A stretch of DNA of 64,000 nucleotides, from NCBI GenBank assembly GCA_030770535.1, contig JASVEC010000010.1, positions 124,001 through 188,000 of the forward strand. The letters run 5' to 3'. Shown in pieces: positions 43,852-57,099 of the stretch. The translations under genes and the position numbers were made by a program. The notes under the pieces are model-generated. The model worked only from the letters and a program-made list of their open reading frames with translations. It was not told the DNA's origin and did no database searches. How positions within the stretch are numbered: the first letter of the stretch is position 1; each line of letters begins with the position of its first letter. The stretch comes from Batkoa obscura. Its lineage: Eukaryota.

Positions 43852-45714
43852 TTAAGCAAATCCTTGACCTTTGTTACATGATTGACCGGAATAACCTGCA
43901 GTCAAAATGCAAAGAAATTTTTCTCTACATTTTTCATCACATGCTTCTTGCTGGGCACCATGTGAGTTTCTTAATTGATAGTATCTATTAAAGAGCTCAT
44001 TATCGGTCTTCATTTTGTTAACAACATTGTGCCAGAATTTGGAATCTAAATATTTACCAGTATAGCTTGGATTATAAGTATCTCTAGCAGTATACAATAA
44101 TTTCCATTCCATATCATCAGTCCATTTTGAAGCTTCTTTCAAATCAGCAGAATAATGGAAATAATCAACTACTCTGTAGTTTGATGCATCTACTTTGTAA
44201 ATTCTAAAGGATGGATTATGACCACCCAATGCGGACATTGATGGAGCTAAATATCCGACTTGGAAAGCAGTCTCTTCAGTTTTGTTTGAACGAGCATCAT
44301 AACTAATCTCAAAGGTATCATAATGCTCATGGCCAAAGAACTGACCAACAATAGTGGATTTGTAGCGTTGGGAAATAGAATTGTACTGTAATGACCAGTG
44401 TTTAAAACAATCGCTAGAGCCTGGGGATACATGTGATACAACATAAACCTTTTGGGCTTTCTTTTCGGATTGATCTAACTCTTGAATAAACCATTTTAAC
44501 ATGTTGTTTATATCAGAATTAGATGGATCCAATAGCAACTGGAAGTTAAACTTGTAACATAAATTGTCATTTAATGATATAACCTTTAAATCGCTATTAT
44601 GCTCTATTGAGTAGTATCCATTCTTTTGAATGCTAGTTAATGCTTGCTGTGGTAACCACTCTTTCCATTGCTCAGATATAAAGTTATAAAGCCTTAAGAA
44701 TTTCTTGTCTGATTTTCCATCTACCATAAATTGATTGACTGGCACTGCTTCATGATTACCAATGGTTGGATACAGCTTGTTCTTTTTTGGTATCAGATAG
44801 CTACTCAAAAGATCAAATGCTCCTTTTTCTATACCTTCGGTACGTTCAACACTCTCCTTCCAAAAATCATGGGCTGGTACATCACCAGAAAACAAAATCA
44901 TTTCCAAAGGATACTTAGTACTTGTTTTTATAGCATTTCTCAACAATGACTGTAATAAATCTTTATTAGCATCACATTTATAGTCACCCCATTTGCCAGC
45001 TGGTTTCTTGACAGCTTGGTCTTTCAGGTCGCTATTACTATCTTTTTGGCAACAAATTGGTTTGTTACAATTAGTCTCAGCACCAACTAAATACTCAGCA
45101 TCATAGTGAAGATCACTTAAATGTAATATATATTTAAACTCATTAGATTCCTTTTCTTTTGGAGGGTTTTTAGGTCCTTCTGGAAGTTGTAAAGCGTTTA
45201 CTCCTATATCTGGGAAAGGGCAAACATCTCCTAGTGAAACACAAGCCACTTGGCGGACATAAGGATCGTCTCTATTAATATAATATAGTACATCATAAAG
45301 CTCAGAGCCTGTAGATTGAGCTATACCATTACAAACAGACTCAGGCTGATCCGAGGCGGCCTGACAAAGTTTACCAACAGCCGAAATAACAGCACCTTTA
45401 GTAAAAGGTACATGTGTGATAAGAGATAGGGCGCCTACACCTACTTGGCAAGCTTTACACTTGAATTCTTCTTTAGCATCAACAAATAAACCAGATAAAG
45501 CCATAAAAAATTTGTCCAAGGAGCTGCTACGGTGATTGTTCCCGTCTTTAAGTTCATTAACCGCTTTTTCAACCTCTTGATTCCATTCGAGAAATTGGGT
45601 CTCATTAGTCAACTTAAAGATATAATCATTGGCATCAGTACTACTAGCAGTGTCTTGAGCTGAAACCAAAGGTAAAAGAGAGCTTAAAGCAATAATAGTA
45701 CTAAATAACTTCAT
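43852..45714 (-). CDS. Secreted acid sphingomyelinase-like metallophosphoesterase (paralog 4)
   Basis: Signal peptide, saposin-like Cys pattern, DLHYD, GDVPAHD, GNHE, SHV, GHEHYD; close to paralogs 1 and 3. Confidence 0.93.
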   Translation of the reverse strand: MKLFSTIIALSSLLPLVSAQDTASSTDANDYIFKLTNETQFLEWNQEVEKAVNELKDGNNHRSSSLDKFFMALSGLFVDAKEEFKCKACQVGVGALSLITHVPFTKGAVISAVGKLCQAASDQPESVCNGIAQSTGSELYDVLYYINRDDPYVRQVACVSLGDVCPFPDIGVNALQLPEGPKNPPKEKESNEFKYILHLSDLHYDAEYLVGAETNCNKPICCQKDSNSDLKDQAVKKPAGKWGDYKCDANKDLLQSLLRNAIKTSTKYPLEMILFSGDVPAHDFWKESVERTEGIEKGAFDLLSSYLIPKKNKLYPTIGNHEAVPVNQFMVDGKSDKKFLRLYNFISEQWKEWLPQQALTSIQKNGYYSIEHNSDLKVISLNDNLCYKFNFQLLLDPSNSDINNMLKWFIQELDQSEKKAQKVYVVSHVSPGSSDCFKHWSLQYNSISQRYKSTIVGQFFGHEHYDTFEISYDARSNKTEETAFQVGYLAPSMSALGGHNPSFRIYKVDASNYRVVDYFHYSADLKEASKWTDDMEWKLLYTARDTYNPSYTGKYLDSKFWHNVVNKMKTDNELFNRYYQLRNSHGAQQEACDEKCREKFLCILTAGYSGQSCNKGQGFA

Positions 45715-48525
45715 CTTGTATAAAAAGAATGGTGCTTAGAATATTATGTTGTTTTTTGAAGACTCATCCTTGCTAATTTATACCATCTTACTTTAGTCTT
45801 TCTTATTATGTTATTTTTTGTACCTTTATTTTGTACTTTTATTTTACTTTTGTACTTTTAAATTAGTAAAATTTAGCAAATAATTTTACGTCATTCTCCC
45901 CATCTGCTTTTTAAATCAAATTCTAAACAAATATGGATTCTATTATTAGTATTTGATTTTTGGTTAACTCTCCACTATTCAATATTGTATTTAACAAATT
46001 ATTCAAAAACATTTACATAAACAATTTTACCAAATACTTTAAAACTGGAAATACTGTAACATAAGAGTGATTTTAGTATAAATTCCAATAAATAAAATGA
46101 CACTTACGTTTTTTACGATGCTAAATGTATACCACTTTATATAGTATTTAAAAAATTTAAAAGCTACAATAGCTATACTTAACACAGGCGTTCTTGACTA
46201 AAAATAAACCTCGAGTTCCATTATGATCAATTCTCACTATAAACGATCAAAATTGCCAAAGATTGACTGTTACATATGAAAAAATAACAGGTAATATTGT
46301 AAGATAACAGGTAACATAAGTAATGAAACTATAGCTGAATTCTAGTCCTTATAGAACAATAATGGATTGTTAATGAAAAAAGATAAAGAAAAGTATATTC
46401 TAATGTCATTTGTATTTTTGCTGGAGTTCAAATTGTTCTATACTTATTTTTATAAAATTATTTTCAATTTGATGTATAGATTACACAAGATTTTAGCTTA
46501 AAATAATAATATATTAAATCTTTGAAGTATGATATACTCAACATACTATTAAAATCCACTTATATTATCAAAGTAAAACGGAAAATATAATATAATACAT
46601 ATGAGTGAATTTAAAAGCTAAGTCGAAGTTAAAATTTCCAACTTACTTTCTTTATCTATTTCCTATATAGCGTAAATTTTTTAAAAAACTATTAAAATCT
46701 CAGACAAAAAATGTACCAACATAAACTATCCTAAAGTCAAGAAACAACAAATATTTTCGTAGCATTTAGTGCTTAATTTATAATTTTGCAAAAAATCAAA
46801 TTAGGCGATTTGAACCAAACCTTGAGCTAACCTTTATACTAAATCATTTAGAAATTATTAGTAAATTTTTGTGCAAAACATAAATTAATAGTTTAGTGTA
46901 TCCTTTAGTTAGAAACATTTTAACACCTGGGTAAATTTAATAAATCTGACTATAATACTGTTCACTATTAGTTATAAGTAGAACTGATAGTATTTTTATT
47001 TTAAATTTGAAAAGTAGGGATTTATCAGTGAGAAATTTGCCATACCAAATTAATTTTAGATAGATAATCTTTCAGAGCGGCTTCCTATAGTTTATCTTTT
47101 TCAACAGTAAGAGGCCGTAGATACCCCTATTTCCTCGATCTTATTATTATACTCATCCTCTGTTATTCTCTTTCCTCACTTAGCTCTTTTGCTCCTTATT
47201 TCTTTTTATAAAGCTTTATGAACTTACTGATTGTATGGGAATATTTTTTACTTATTGCCCTTTTTTCCTATTTTTGAAAATTTAAAACTAATTAATCAAT
47301 GCAGTTTGTTTAAGCTCAAATATGGGCTAGCAAACGATGAGCTTTATAACCAACTATTTATTCTATCATGGTGATTTGGGGCTCGTTAGCTTGATTTTTA
47401 TTTTATAATGAACAGTTAACTAGCATATATTTAAGCTTGAATAGTGTACTGAACTAATTTCCAAATTTAACAAATAGCAAAAAAGGACATCTGGCAAAAA
47501 ACATCTCCACGTATAGATTTTAAATGGGGAAGTTAGATTAACAATAGGTTTAGTTCTATGATTAATTTTAAAGACTTTTAGCAATAATAGAAGCTAGATT
47601 TGATGTTCAAATTTAAAAAATAGAATCCATCCTCAAATTTAGTAATAAAATCAAACGATCTAAATAGGAAAACATTGTATTTAAACACTTTACATGCGTT
47701 GAGATTAAAAATAAAATAAAATAAAGTAGAGACAAAAATAGCATATTGCGAAGTTTAACCTCAAAATCTGGGATTACTCTAGAAATGCAACTCCTAAACC
47801 AAATAAATCTTTTAAAGCAAAATAATCATGCAAAAATAGTACAATCAATCATTAATAAGTAAAGTAGCCCAAAGTAATCAAAACCTTTTTATGAAATAAA
47901 TCTTATTAGGAAACCATTGATTCCTGATTTTTATGGGATAAAAATCAAACTAATCAAAATGCTAATGATTTTAAGATTTGAGGATAGAGCAAGCTTAATT
48001 GGCTGGAATATTGATTTGATTTTGACACAGATCTGAAAAGCTCTTCTACAGATTTGAATCACATGAAAAGGGTGTAATCCAATTATGTAGCTATCTCTTA
48101 AGTGAGGGTCAATGATTGGATAAGAATGACTAATATTCTAGCCATTGCGCTAAACTGGGTTATAAATAGCGGTATGTTAGATGCTATTACTAAATATGGA
48201 TATAATTTAAGAAAAGTTCAAGCAAATTTTGATGGATTATATTACTTGTGAACATTTTATTAGCTGTAGCTTATTAAGTGAATAAAACTTATAAACAAGA
48301 AATAATTAATATTTTTTCAAAGTTTAATAATTAAAAAAACAAAATTAAATAAAAATCAACTTTATTTTATTATTTATTTAACAAACCACTTAAATAGTAG
48401 CACTAACACTGTTATTATAGTTTATTAAATACATAAATTTCACTTTCAACTAAGTTATTTCAGTTTGCAAGTCCGCCTATTTACCTAAGATAAAGACTAA
48501 ACGAATTAAAATTTACAATAACAAA

Positions 48526-49731
48526 ATGGAAGAGAACGGTCAGCCATATCGATACCCATACATATATTATGAGATAGATCCAATGAGAATAGTTGATTTA
48601 GTTTGTAAGTATTTTTATATATTTTTAAAGTAGAAATTAAAATTTTAAATCATTTCAATTTATTAAGCGGAACTTTTAATTGAACTTGTTCGACGTAATG
48701 ATGATAATCCAACAGCACTAGCATCAGTAACACGCTTCCATTCAAGAGCCCCACCATCTATTGGTATCCATGAATACTTGACAAGAATTGTAAAATATAC
48801 GCCAATAGAAAATGAAGTATTGTTAGCATCTTTAGTTTATATAGATAGGTTATGTGATGTCAATCCAACCTTTGCAATTACTTCATTATCAGTTCATCGT
48901 TATTTAATAACTGCCATTACTATTGGTTCCAAAATATTTTGTGATAGTTATTGTACAAATTATCATTATGCTAAAGTAGGCGGATTGACTACACAAGAAT
49001 TAAACAGTTTAGAATTAGAATTTAGTTTTTTAGCTGATTGGAAACTAATTATCCCAACCCCGACTATTCATAATTATTATTTAGGTATGCTGCGGCAGTC
49101 AAAAAAATATCATATGATTGAATATGATACTTTAATTGATCCTTTACCTGCCCCTATTTTGCCACATCAACCACAACAACATCCTATCAAAAAACAACTG
49201 AAAGCATCAGATGTTCCAAACCAATATCAACAACATCAACAGCATTTAATGCCACACAACTCATCAAATCAACGTATTCTAACACACAGTCAATCACAGC
49301 AGCCAGTGATATCAAATAGTAGTCAAATGCATCAACAAGTAGCAATAAATAACAATCAAATATTTCATCAACAGCAACAATACCAAAGAACGTCTCAAGT
49401 ACTCCCTCATCCCAATAGTTATCCAAACCAAGTGAATAATGGTAATGTCAATTTATACCAACAGCACTATCAGCCTAACTTTAGGCAAATACGCCCAAAT
49501 TCTAATATACCACCAGTAAGACAAATACCAGTACAGTATGCACCTGTTGGGCAAGGGTCTATTCATCGACCTATCCTTCCTAATGTAAATGCCATTCATT
49601 CTCAAGGTCACACACCTCAAAGAGATCAATTCACTTCTACCTCACCAGATGATGACTCAGAAGAAGGCCTAAATAGTATGGTTAATCGTTCTAATAACGC
49701 AAAAAATCGGGCGTCTATTGCTAAATCTTAA
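48526..49731 (+). CDS. Pho85-associated cyclin (Pho80/Pcl6/7 family) with Q/N-rich tail
   Basis: Exon 1 48526-48604, intron GTAAGT...TAAG 48605-48667, then TRFHSRAPPSIGIHEYLTRIVKY...LVYIDRL...VHRYLIT...SK...D...N..YAKVGG...ELNSLELEF. Confidence 0.88.
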
Positions 49732-49879
49732 CAATTTTTTAACTGCTATTTTTGTATTTCCCTTGTTGTTTACTTTATTATAAAAATAAAATGAATAAAA
49801 ATTATATTTTATTTGAAATACCAAATACTCATTTATTAAACTTTACTTTTTATTTAGGGTTATTTGATAAATGATTGAT

Positions 49880-50998
49880 TTATTCTTTTTTATCTGAAGG
49901 TTCACCACCCATCCATTTGAAAATGCTTGAAAAATCTTTATTTTCAAATCCTTCGGTTTTTGACACTTTATTGTATAACTGATGAGAAATAGATCCTAAC
50001 ATAACATTAGCTTTAACTGAATTAGCGGCATCAACTGCCAATCCCATATCCTTGGCCATAAGAGAGACCCCAAAGCCCCCATTATAATCTTTAGAAGCTG
50101 GTACGTTAGGATGGACACCTGGACAAGGATTATAAGTATCACTAGACCAACATCTGCCAGATGAAGTGTTTAAAATAGAAGCTAATAATTTAGGATCCAT
50201 ACCCAATTTTTGGCCTAAATTCATTGCTTCTGAAGTACCGATCATACCAATACCTAATAACATATTATTACATATTTTAGCAACTTGGCCATTTCCATTG
50301 GAGCCACAATATACAATGTTTTTGCCCATATATTCTAAATAACTTTTGACTAATTCAAAGTCTGAGGTTGTTTGAGAGCCCACCATAAAGGTGAGGGTTC
50401 CAGCTTCTGCGCCCAAAACGCCTAATAATAATTAATGATTAATTTACACAACCAGAGTTTACTTACCTCCAGATACTGGCGCATCAACCATAGTACAGTT
50501 TTTTTTACTAACAATATCAGCAACCTCTTTAGACACATGAATATCAATAGTTGAGGAATCGATAAAAACAGAACCTGGTCTAATACCTTTTAATAGCCCG
50601 TTCTCACCTAAATAAACACTTTGTACATGTTTTGAAGCAGGCAGCATAGTAATAATGACGTTAGCTTCTTCAGCTACCTGTTGAGCATTTTTGACAACTT
50701 TTACTTTATCTTTCCCTTCAATAAACTTGGCTAAGATGGCTTCATTAGTGTCATACAACACCATTTTTTGTCCACTCTTTTTATATACATTGTTGGCCAT
50801 GTGGTATCCCATCTGACCTAAGCCGATAAAACCTATAGTGGTATTGCTTGTATCTAAAAGTAGATTAAATTAAATGTCTGTCAAGAATATAATATTAAGT
50901 TAGTTACCATTTGAAGAGTAAAATCTTTTGCTATTTAATTTAAATAAGGAAGAGGAGATCAAACGGGTGTTTTTGTTTATTAGATTTACTTTCAACAT
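49880..50998 (-). CDS. HIBADH: Mitochondrial 3-hydroxyisobutyrate dehydrogenase (2 introns)
   Basis: Basic presequence; IGFIGLGQMG, DAPVSGG, GTLTFMVG, KICNNM, SSGRCWSS, GGFGVSLMAKD; introns at 50854-50907 and ~50423-50466. Confidence 0.93.
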
Positions 50999-51397
50999 AT
51001 TGATAACTTTGTATTAAATTTGTTGTAATTAATAAAGAAAATAATTTTTATTTGATTTTTATTATAATACTGACTAAATTTTAGGTAGTCCAATCATTAC
51101 AATGTTTTCGAAATAATTTAAAACTTAATCAATCATAAAAATTTAGCTAAATTTACTTTACACTTAGCAAATAGGTTCTCTCCAATCAGATTAAATTTGA
51201 CGTGGTGGCTTAAATTTATATTATTTTAAGGTTTTAGATATTTAAATCATTACTTTTTTAATGTTGTTAGTAAATTCTATCATACTGTTAGGATTTTTTT
51301 TGTTTTTACAATAATTTATATTGGTAGTTAATGAATTGATTGCTATTGTTAAAAGTTTTTCAAATTGCTATATTTAAAGGCTTGCAGTACTAAATAT

Positions 51398-51495
51398 GGG
51401 GATGTATTTTTGTGTTTAAGAATTTTACTAACAATCTTTCTATTCAAATAGCGCTTAAAAGATAGAAAAAGTGATGAAACCAAAAAAAACACTCC
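51398..51495. mobile_element. MITE
   Basis: ATAT-GGGGATGTA...AAACACTCC-ATAT. Confidence 0.88.
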
Positions 51496-51679
51496 ATATA
51501 CTAATTCAAAAATATCTTGATGTCTATAAACACTGAAATGAAACGACTTTTGGATTGGCTATTTCTAGTTTATATTAGATGATAAATGATTAAATACCCT
51601 AACATGAAGCTTAGACTATTAGTAAATGGAATTGGTATATAACATAATTTATCAACTAATAATCTTACTATTTAAGGCT

Positions 51680-52735
51680 TTATTGAATAGACCTAGACCT
51701 AGATCTAGATTTAGATATAGAACGACTAACACTTCTGCCATATTTTTTAGAGTATCTACCTTTAGAGTTACTTCTAGAAGTATAACTATATCTACGTGGT
51801 GGACTATAATCTCTTCCTCTTGAAACGGATCGAATTGGGGAACGAGATAAAGATCTAGAACGAGATCTGTATCTATTTGGGGAATAAACCGGTCTATAAA
51901 CTCTTCGATTTCTTATTGGTGCTCGATATCTACGGACTGGGGAGCGGCTAAAGGATCTTCTGCGGAAATTACGTCCTCGATAATTATTCCTTCTATTACG
52001 GTAAACTGGAGCTAAGTAAAAGTTAGATTTAATAAATAAAAAAGAAAATTAAGTTACAGCGAATTGGAGACCTTGCTCTTCTTTCTACTAAATATCTCAC
52101 GCTTATTTCATTACCATCAATATATCCCTATTAATTTCATTAATATTTTTCTATTTTCCTATACTATCATTTTACCAAGTCCATTGAACCCATAGCAATA
52201 TCAGTTTCTTCTTTAGTAGAAAAAAGTACAGCAGCTTTACCTTTAATTTCTTTTCCTAATACACAGTTATTAATTTCAAACTAGTTATAAAAAAACCAAC
52301 CTGGAGCTCTTAATGGGAATTGAATATCTTCAATTTTACCAAATAAACTAAATATTTCAATTAAATGATCTTTTGTAACATTTTTAGTAAGATTGGAAAC
52401 CTCAAGTTTAGGAACTTTGTCTCTGCTAGAAACAGAGCTAAATGAGCGTCTACTCCTTGATGAATAAGAACGGGATCTATCTCTTATTGGTGATCTTGAA
52501 ACAGATCTCGACCTTGAAACGGATCTATATCTAAAATTATTAGTCATTTTTAATTTATTAATTTGGTACTCCTTACCTTCTTGGTAGCGATCTTGAACGA
52601 GATCTTGAACGAGAATAGGAATAAGAGCGTGAAGGTGATTTTGATCTTGAAACTGCCTTTTCTCTCTTAGGTGATTCAGAGCCCCTAATAATTGTAATTA
52701 ATCTCTTGGCTTTGTTGTTTTCATTTTATTTACAT
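51680..52735 (-). CDS. RNPS1-like SR protein with one RRM (multi-exon)
   Basis: RS-dipeptide-rich N- and C-terminal regions around an RRM (KLEVSNLTKNVTKDHLIEIFSLFGKI...GKAAVLF...AMGSMD.GYIDGNEISV); five short introns. Confidence 0.8.
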
Positions 52736-53107
52736 GAATTATTAATTTAGAAAATACAAAATTTTTTCACACTTTTAGATTCTTTTTTAGAGCCAGCTTA
52801 CAAATCTATCTCTTTTGATTGGCTCGTTTTCTTACCCTTTCCTTAGCATTCTTTGTTTTTAAAATAATATACTAAAACAGATTCTGTATGCTAATTTTCT
52901 CTTAATATAAATATTGATGCTTTTTGAACACAAGACAGCAAAGTAATTATAAAAAATAAAAATTGATTTTTTATACAAATGTATTTATTATACTTAAAAA
53001 TTTCAAATTATTTAATTGATTTAAAACAAAAGCTCAACTTTTGCAACTGAAAATTGACCATAAATAAATTACGTCACTAAAATGAGATTATATTTTTTAA
53101 ATAAATA

Positions 53108-55787
53108 ATGATGAATCGATTTTTCCAAGCAATAAAAGAAGCTTTAGATGATATTGACGTTGAGTCAGATGCTTCAGAAGTAGAGGAAGGAGAAGAAGAA
53201 GGAAAGATAAGCTTAGAAGTCATAGCGGATAATGATGAGTATGAGCTAATTAATAATAAAATCCCCAATTCAACTTACTCGTTCAACCTTAATGATTCCA
53301 ATTATTTTGTTTCAGAAAAAAGCTATGAGTTCAATTTTTGGTGTAAAAAGATATCTTCGTTTGAAAACAAAGAAGTAAAAGTAGTCAGAGCTTATTTAGA
53401 ACATTAATATTGAAATTTATAGTTGCTTGAGGACTTTATTAAGTTGGAAAATAACAAAGTAGTAAAAAAAATAGTCTCGTACAAGGAAGTAGCTTTAAAC
53501 GAGGTAAGTTATGACTTTATTTATTTACAATAAATAAGCTTATTTTAAGATTCCATTTAAATAGATAGAAATTTATGAAAACTTAAATAAACTGCATTAT
53601 ATGCAACTTATATGGCCTAGCGTTGGAGTAAATAAAGAAGAATGGGTTCATCAAGCAATCAAACTAGCTAACTCTCATTTAGAGATTAATTTTGCGACTA
53701 AAAACATTTCCTTTTCAGAGAAAGTGGCCAATTCTATCATGAAAAGTATGAAGGATAGTAGATTAAAAAAGATATCTTTGATAAGTAACTAAGTACTTAA
53801 AATCTGTTATATAATAGTAATAATATGTTTTAAGATTTATATGCCATGTTGTCTACCAGCATTAGTACCAGTTTTAATGAGATTCAGACTACTATGATTT
53901 CGCTTTCAATGTTGTTTAACATTATTCAAAAAGTAAGCTTTATTAGTTTATTTGTTATTAGCAGTGATAATACCTTAATAAGGATTTAAAAAGTGACAAT
54001 GAAAGTAACGTTATTTTAGCTCTAAAGGCATTAAGCTGGTTTCCAGATATGGAACTTGTAATCGAATTATTACCTATTATATTTAAACTATTCAACAAAG
54101 CACAAAAAGAGAACAAGTAAGTAACTAGTAAATGATGTTACTTTATATTGACAATTTCTAGCGTAAAAATAATGAAGTATAGTTTGGAATTAATCCATAG
54201 GATCACTGCGCACAAAAAAGATATAGAAAATATTAACTTAGAATTTGGTGTAGAAATATCTCAATTAATACAAATATTACTAATAGCATTAAAAATGGAT
54301 GAGTTAAATGAAATTGGTTTAAATATAGCTTTATTAATAGTTTCAATACCTGGGTTTCCCATTAAAACTATAATATTCTCAGTGACAGCTCTTATTTCAA
54401 AATTAAGTTCCATCTTCAGTAAATCAACTAATGTTTATAAAAACTTGAATTCACCTTGGACGCAAATAAAAGCACTAAGAATTATAAATGTTGCTGTATC
54501 AAACAACTTGTCCTTAGATAAAATATTTTTACCGCTAGTTATTGATTGCTTTATTAATGCTTCAAATAATATGAGAGGCGGAAGCGGTAATTGAAAACAG
54601 ATAGAGGATTTTAAAGTAGCTTATTTATTATTTTATATTAGGTATATTATTTGAGTGCTCCGTTATCCTTGGTAATATGAAGTTAAATAACGAAGATAAA
54701 AATTTAATCAGTGAAAATCAAAAAATCATCAACCACATCAACAAATGTTTGAATGAGCTATTCAATGCTAATCAACCAATAATGTGTCGTTTAGCTTCAA
54801 AAATTATGTTATCGCTATTGCCACACGCTGATTTATTAAATTTTATGGATTATTTCCATACTTTGTTATCGTTGCTTAATTACACTCCTGATATTTCTAT
54901 TTTAGTAATCATTTGTTTTTCAATTTAATAGTTTTGATTAACGTTTTAGGCATGGAAAATTATACTTGAGTTAAAACTTAGTAATGAACAGTTTTATCAA
55001 AGTTATATTACTATTGAAGATTATCGATTATTAATCAAAGCATCTAATTTATGGATTCATTCTATTGAAAATAGCATGATATTGAATGAAAATAATCAGA
55101 ATAGCTTTATCCTTATTAATATAATTGTAGCAAAAATAATACAAAAAATTGATAAAAACAATGACGGAAATGATAGAAATGGATATGATAAACTAAATGA
55201 AGATATTTCACCAATATCTATTATCATTCAATTGGAGGATTTATTATTTAAAACTAAATTCAAATATTTGGAACCATACATGTCATTGATAATCAAAGTA
55301 AGCATTTTGTATTTAAAGTATATACGATTAATATTAGTCTAGATTATTAAGGTATTATATAAGCAACTTGAAAACTGTATTGAACAGATTGAGCTTTTAA
55401 TAGCAGATAATTTAATAGATAATATGAAATCAATATGTAATAAGTTAATAATTTATTGTGAGGAATATCAAGGTAATCATTATAGTTATAGTTATAGTTT
55501 TTAATTAATATTGTTATAGAAGGTCAACTTTCAGATCAAGTGATGGAGATAGCTCAATTGCACCTTATTTTATTTCAAAAAATTATTCATCATTTTAAAA
55601 TTACTCATAGTCAACCTATTTTGCCTTTGAAACCACAGTCATTATCTATACTTTGTCATTGGGATAGTCTACTAAAAGTAAGTTATTTTTATCAATTAAT
55701 GGTTGAACTTATATTGATATCAAATAGTATGAAATATTAGCTCATCTAGATGAGAACGATTATCTTAAATTTTATTTGAAAATCTAA
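53108..55787 (+). CDS. Divergent adaptin large subunit, AP-4 epsilon-like (multi-exon)
   Basis: Spliced translation gives MLFNIIQK|DLKSDNESNVILALKAL...LLPIIFKLF...YSLELIHRI, SPWTQIKALRII and ILFECSVIL, the Adaptin_N pattern closest to epsilon. About 10 short introns; model approximate. Confidence 0.6.
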
Positions 55788-55808
55788 ATTATTCAACAGA
55801 AAATACAA

Positions 55809-56048
55809 TCATTTATTTTCATGCTCACACTCGTAGTCACTAAGCTTCATGCATAGTGAAATCGGGAGTACACCAAAAAGTTCTGCATAATGGAATTCAT
55901 TATTATATAGTTTACTTCCAATTTCTTTAAGTGTGTCTTGAACCTTAGTTACGACCTCTCGACATGTTTTTACTTTTGTTTCTCTCTCCATAAACATGTT
56001 AACCTCATCTTGATATTTTTCAATATTTGGTATGTCTTTATTTTCCAT
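55809..56048 (-). CDS. Hypothetical small protein (79 aa), or a fragment
   Basis: ATG-started ORF with protein-like composition, convergent with the adaptin gene; no motif recognised. Confidence 0.3.
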   Translation of the reverse strand: MENKDIPNIEKYQDEVNMFMERETKVKTCREVVTKVQDTLKEIGSKLYNNEFHYAELFGVLPISLCMKLSDYECEHENK

Positions 56049-56539
56049 TTTATTTTTATTCTTATTCTTATTCTTATTCTTATTTTTTAACTATCATGAT
56101 TGATTATATATATACTTTTGAATTTTAATATAAAATTAGAATGTGATAATATTTCAGTAAAATATAATACTGCGTGCTATTTAAACTAGTTTATTGGGTG
56201 AAATGAGATAGATTGATGTTCTAGTATTGTAGAATATGCTTAGTATTCTACTAAGCATTACCAAAGGACATAACTTTATAAAATTTTTACTACTGAAACT
56301 AAAATCGAAGTTTCTAGTTACTTTTTAAAAATCATAGATTAATTTGTAGGTTTCTGTAAAATAAATTCAAAACAAGAGAACTTTAATTTTGTAGCTAAAA
56401 CAAAAATAATGATATAGTTTATGATTATTATAATGTGGATAATAAATATTTGTTTAAATAACCGTTAATTTTAGTAGGATCATGAAAGCCTATATGTGAA
56501 GTGTTTCAATAAAAAAGCATGATGATTTTATTACAGCAG

Positions 56540-56795
56540 TATTTTTAGCTTATCACGGCTACATCAAGAAAAATTTTTAAACTAATTGAAAAAACTTTTG
56601 ACAATTATAAAAACAAAAGTAGACAAAGATGAGTAAAGTATAAAATATTGTAATGAATCAAAAGTTATGATTAAAACTATTATAATTTTCGTTATAAATT
56701 GTCATATTTTGCTTATCATTTTCAATGATAATTGGAAATATTTTAAATCAGTTTTCTCAGGTTTTCTTTGATATAGATGTGATAGGTTGAAATAT
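56540..56795. repeat. Decayed inverted repeat
   Basis: atttttagcttatcacggctacatcaagaaaa pairs imperfectly with ttttctttgatatagatgtgataggttgaaatat. Confidence 0.55.
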
Positions 56796-57099
56796 ATTTT
56801 AAACAATCTAAAGTAACCTAGTATAATGATATTTTTAATATAAACAAAACAACAATTGTTTTACTGTTATTTTTTAAATAAGTAAATAAAAGCCATTGTT
56901 TTCTCCATTGCTATCTATAATATAATTATTAAATACTTAGTATAAAAGTTACAAAATACAATAGCATTGTTTTTGTAGGTTATAAAGATAAATACTTTCC
57001 TTTAGAACTTAATAAACTATCCTTATAACAAAACCATCGAACCTTTACAACAAAATTTATAATATAAGTACTTTTGTTTATTTTGTAAATAGTTTTTTT

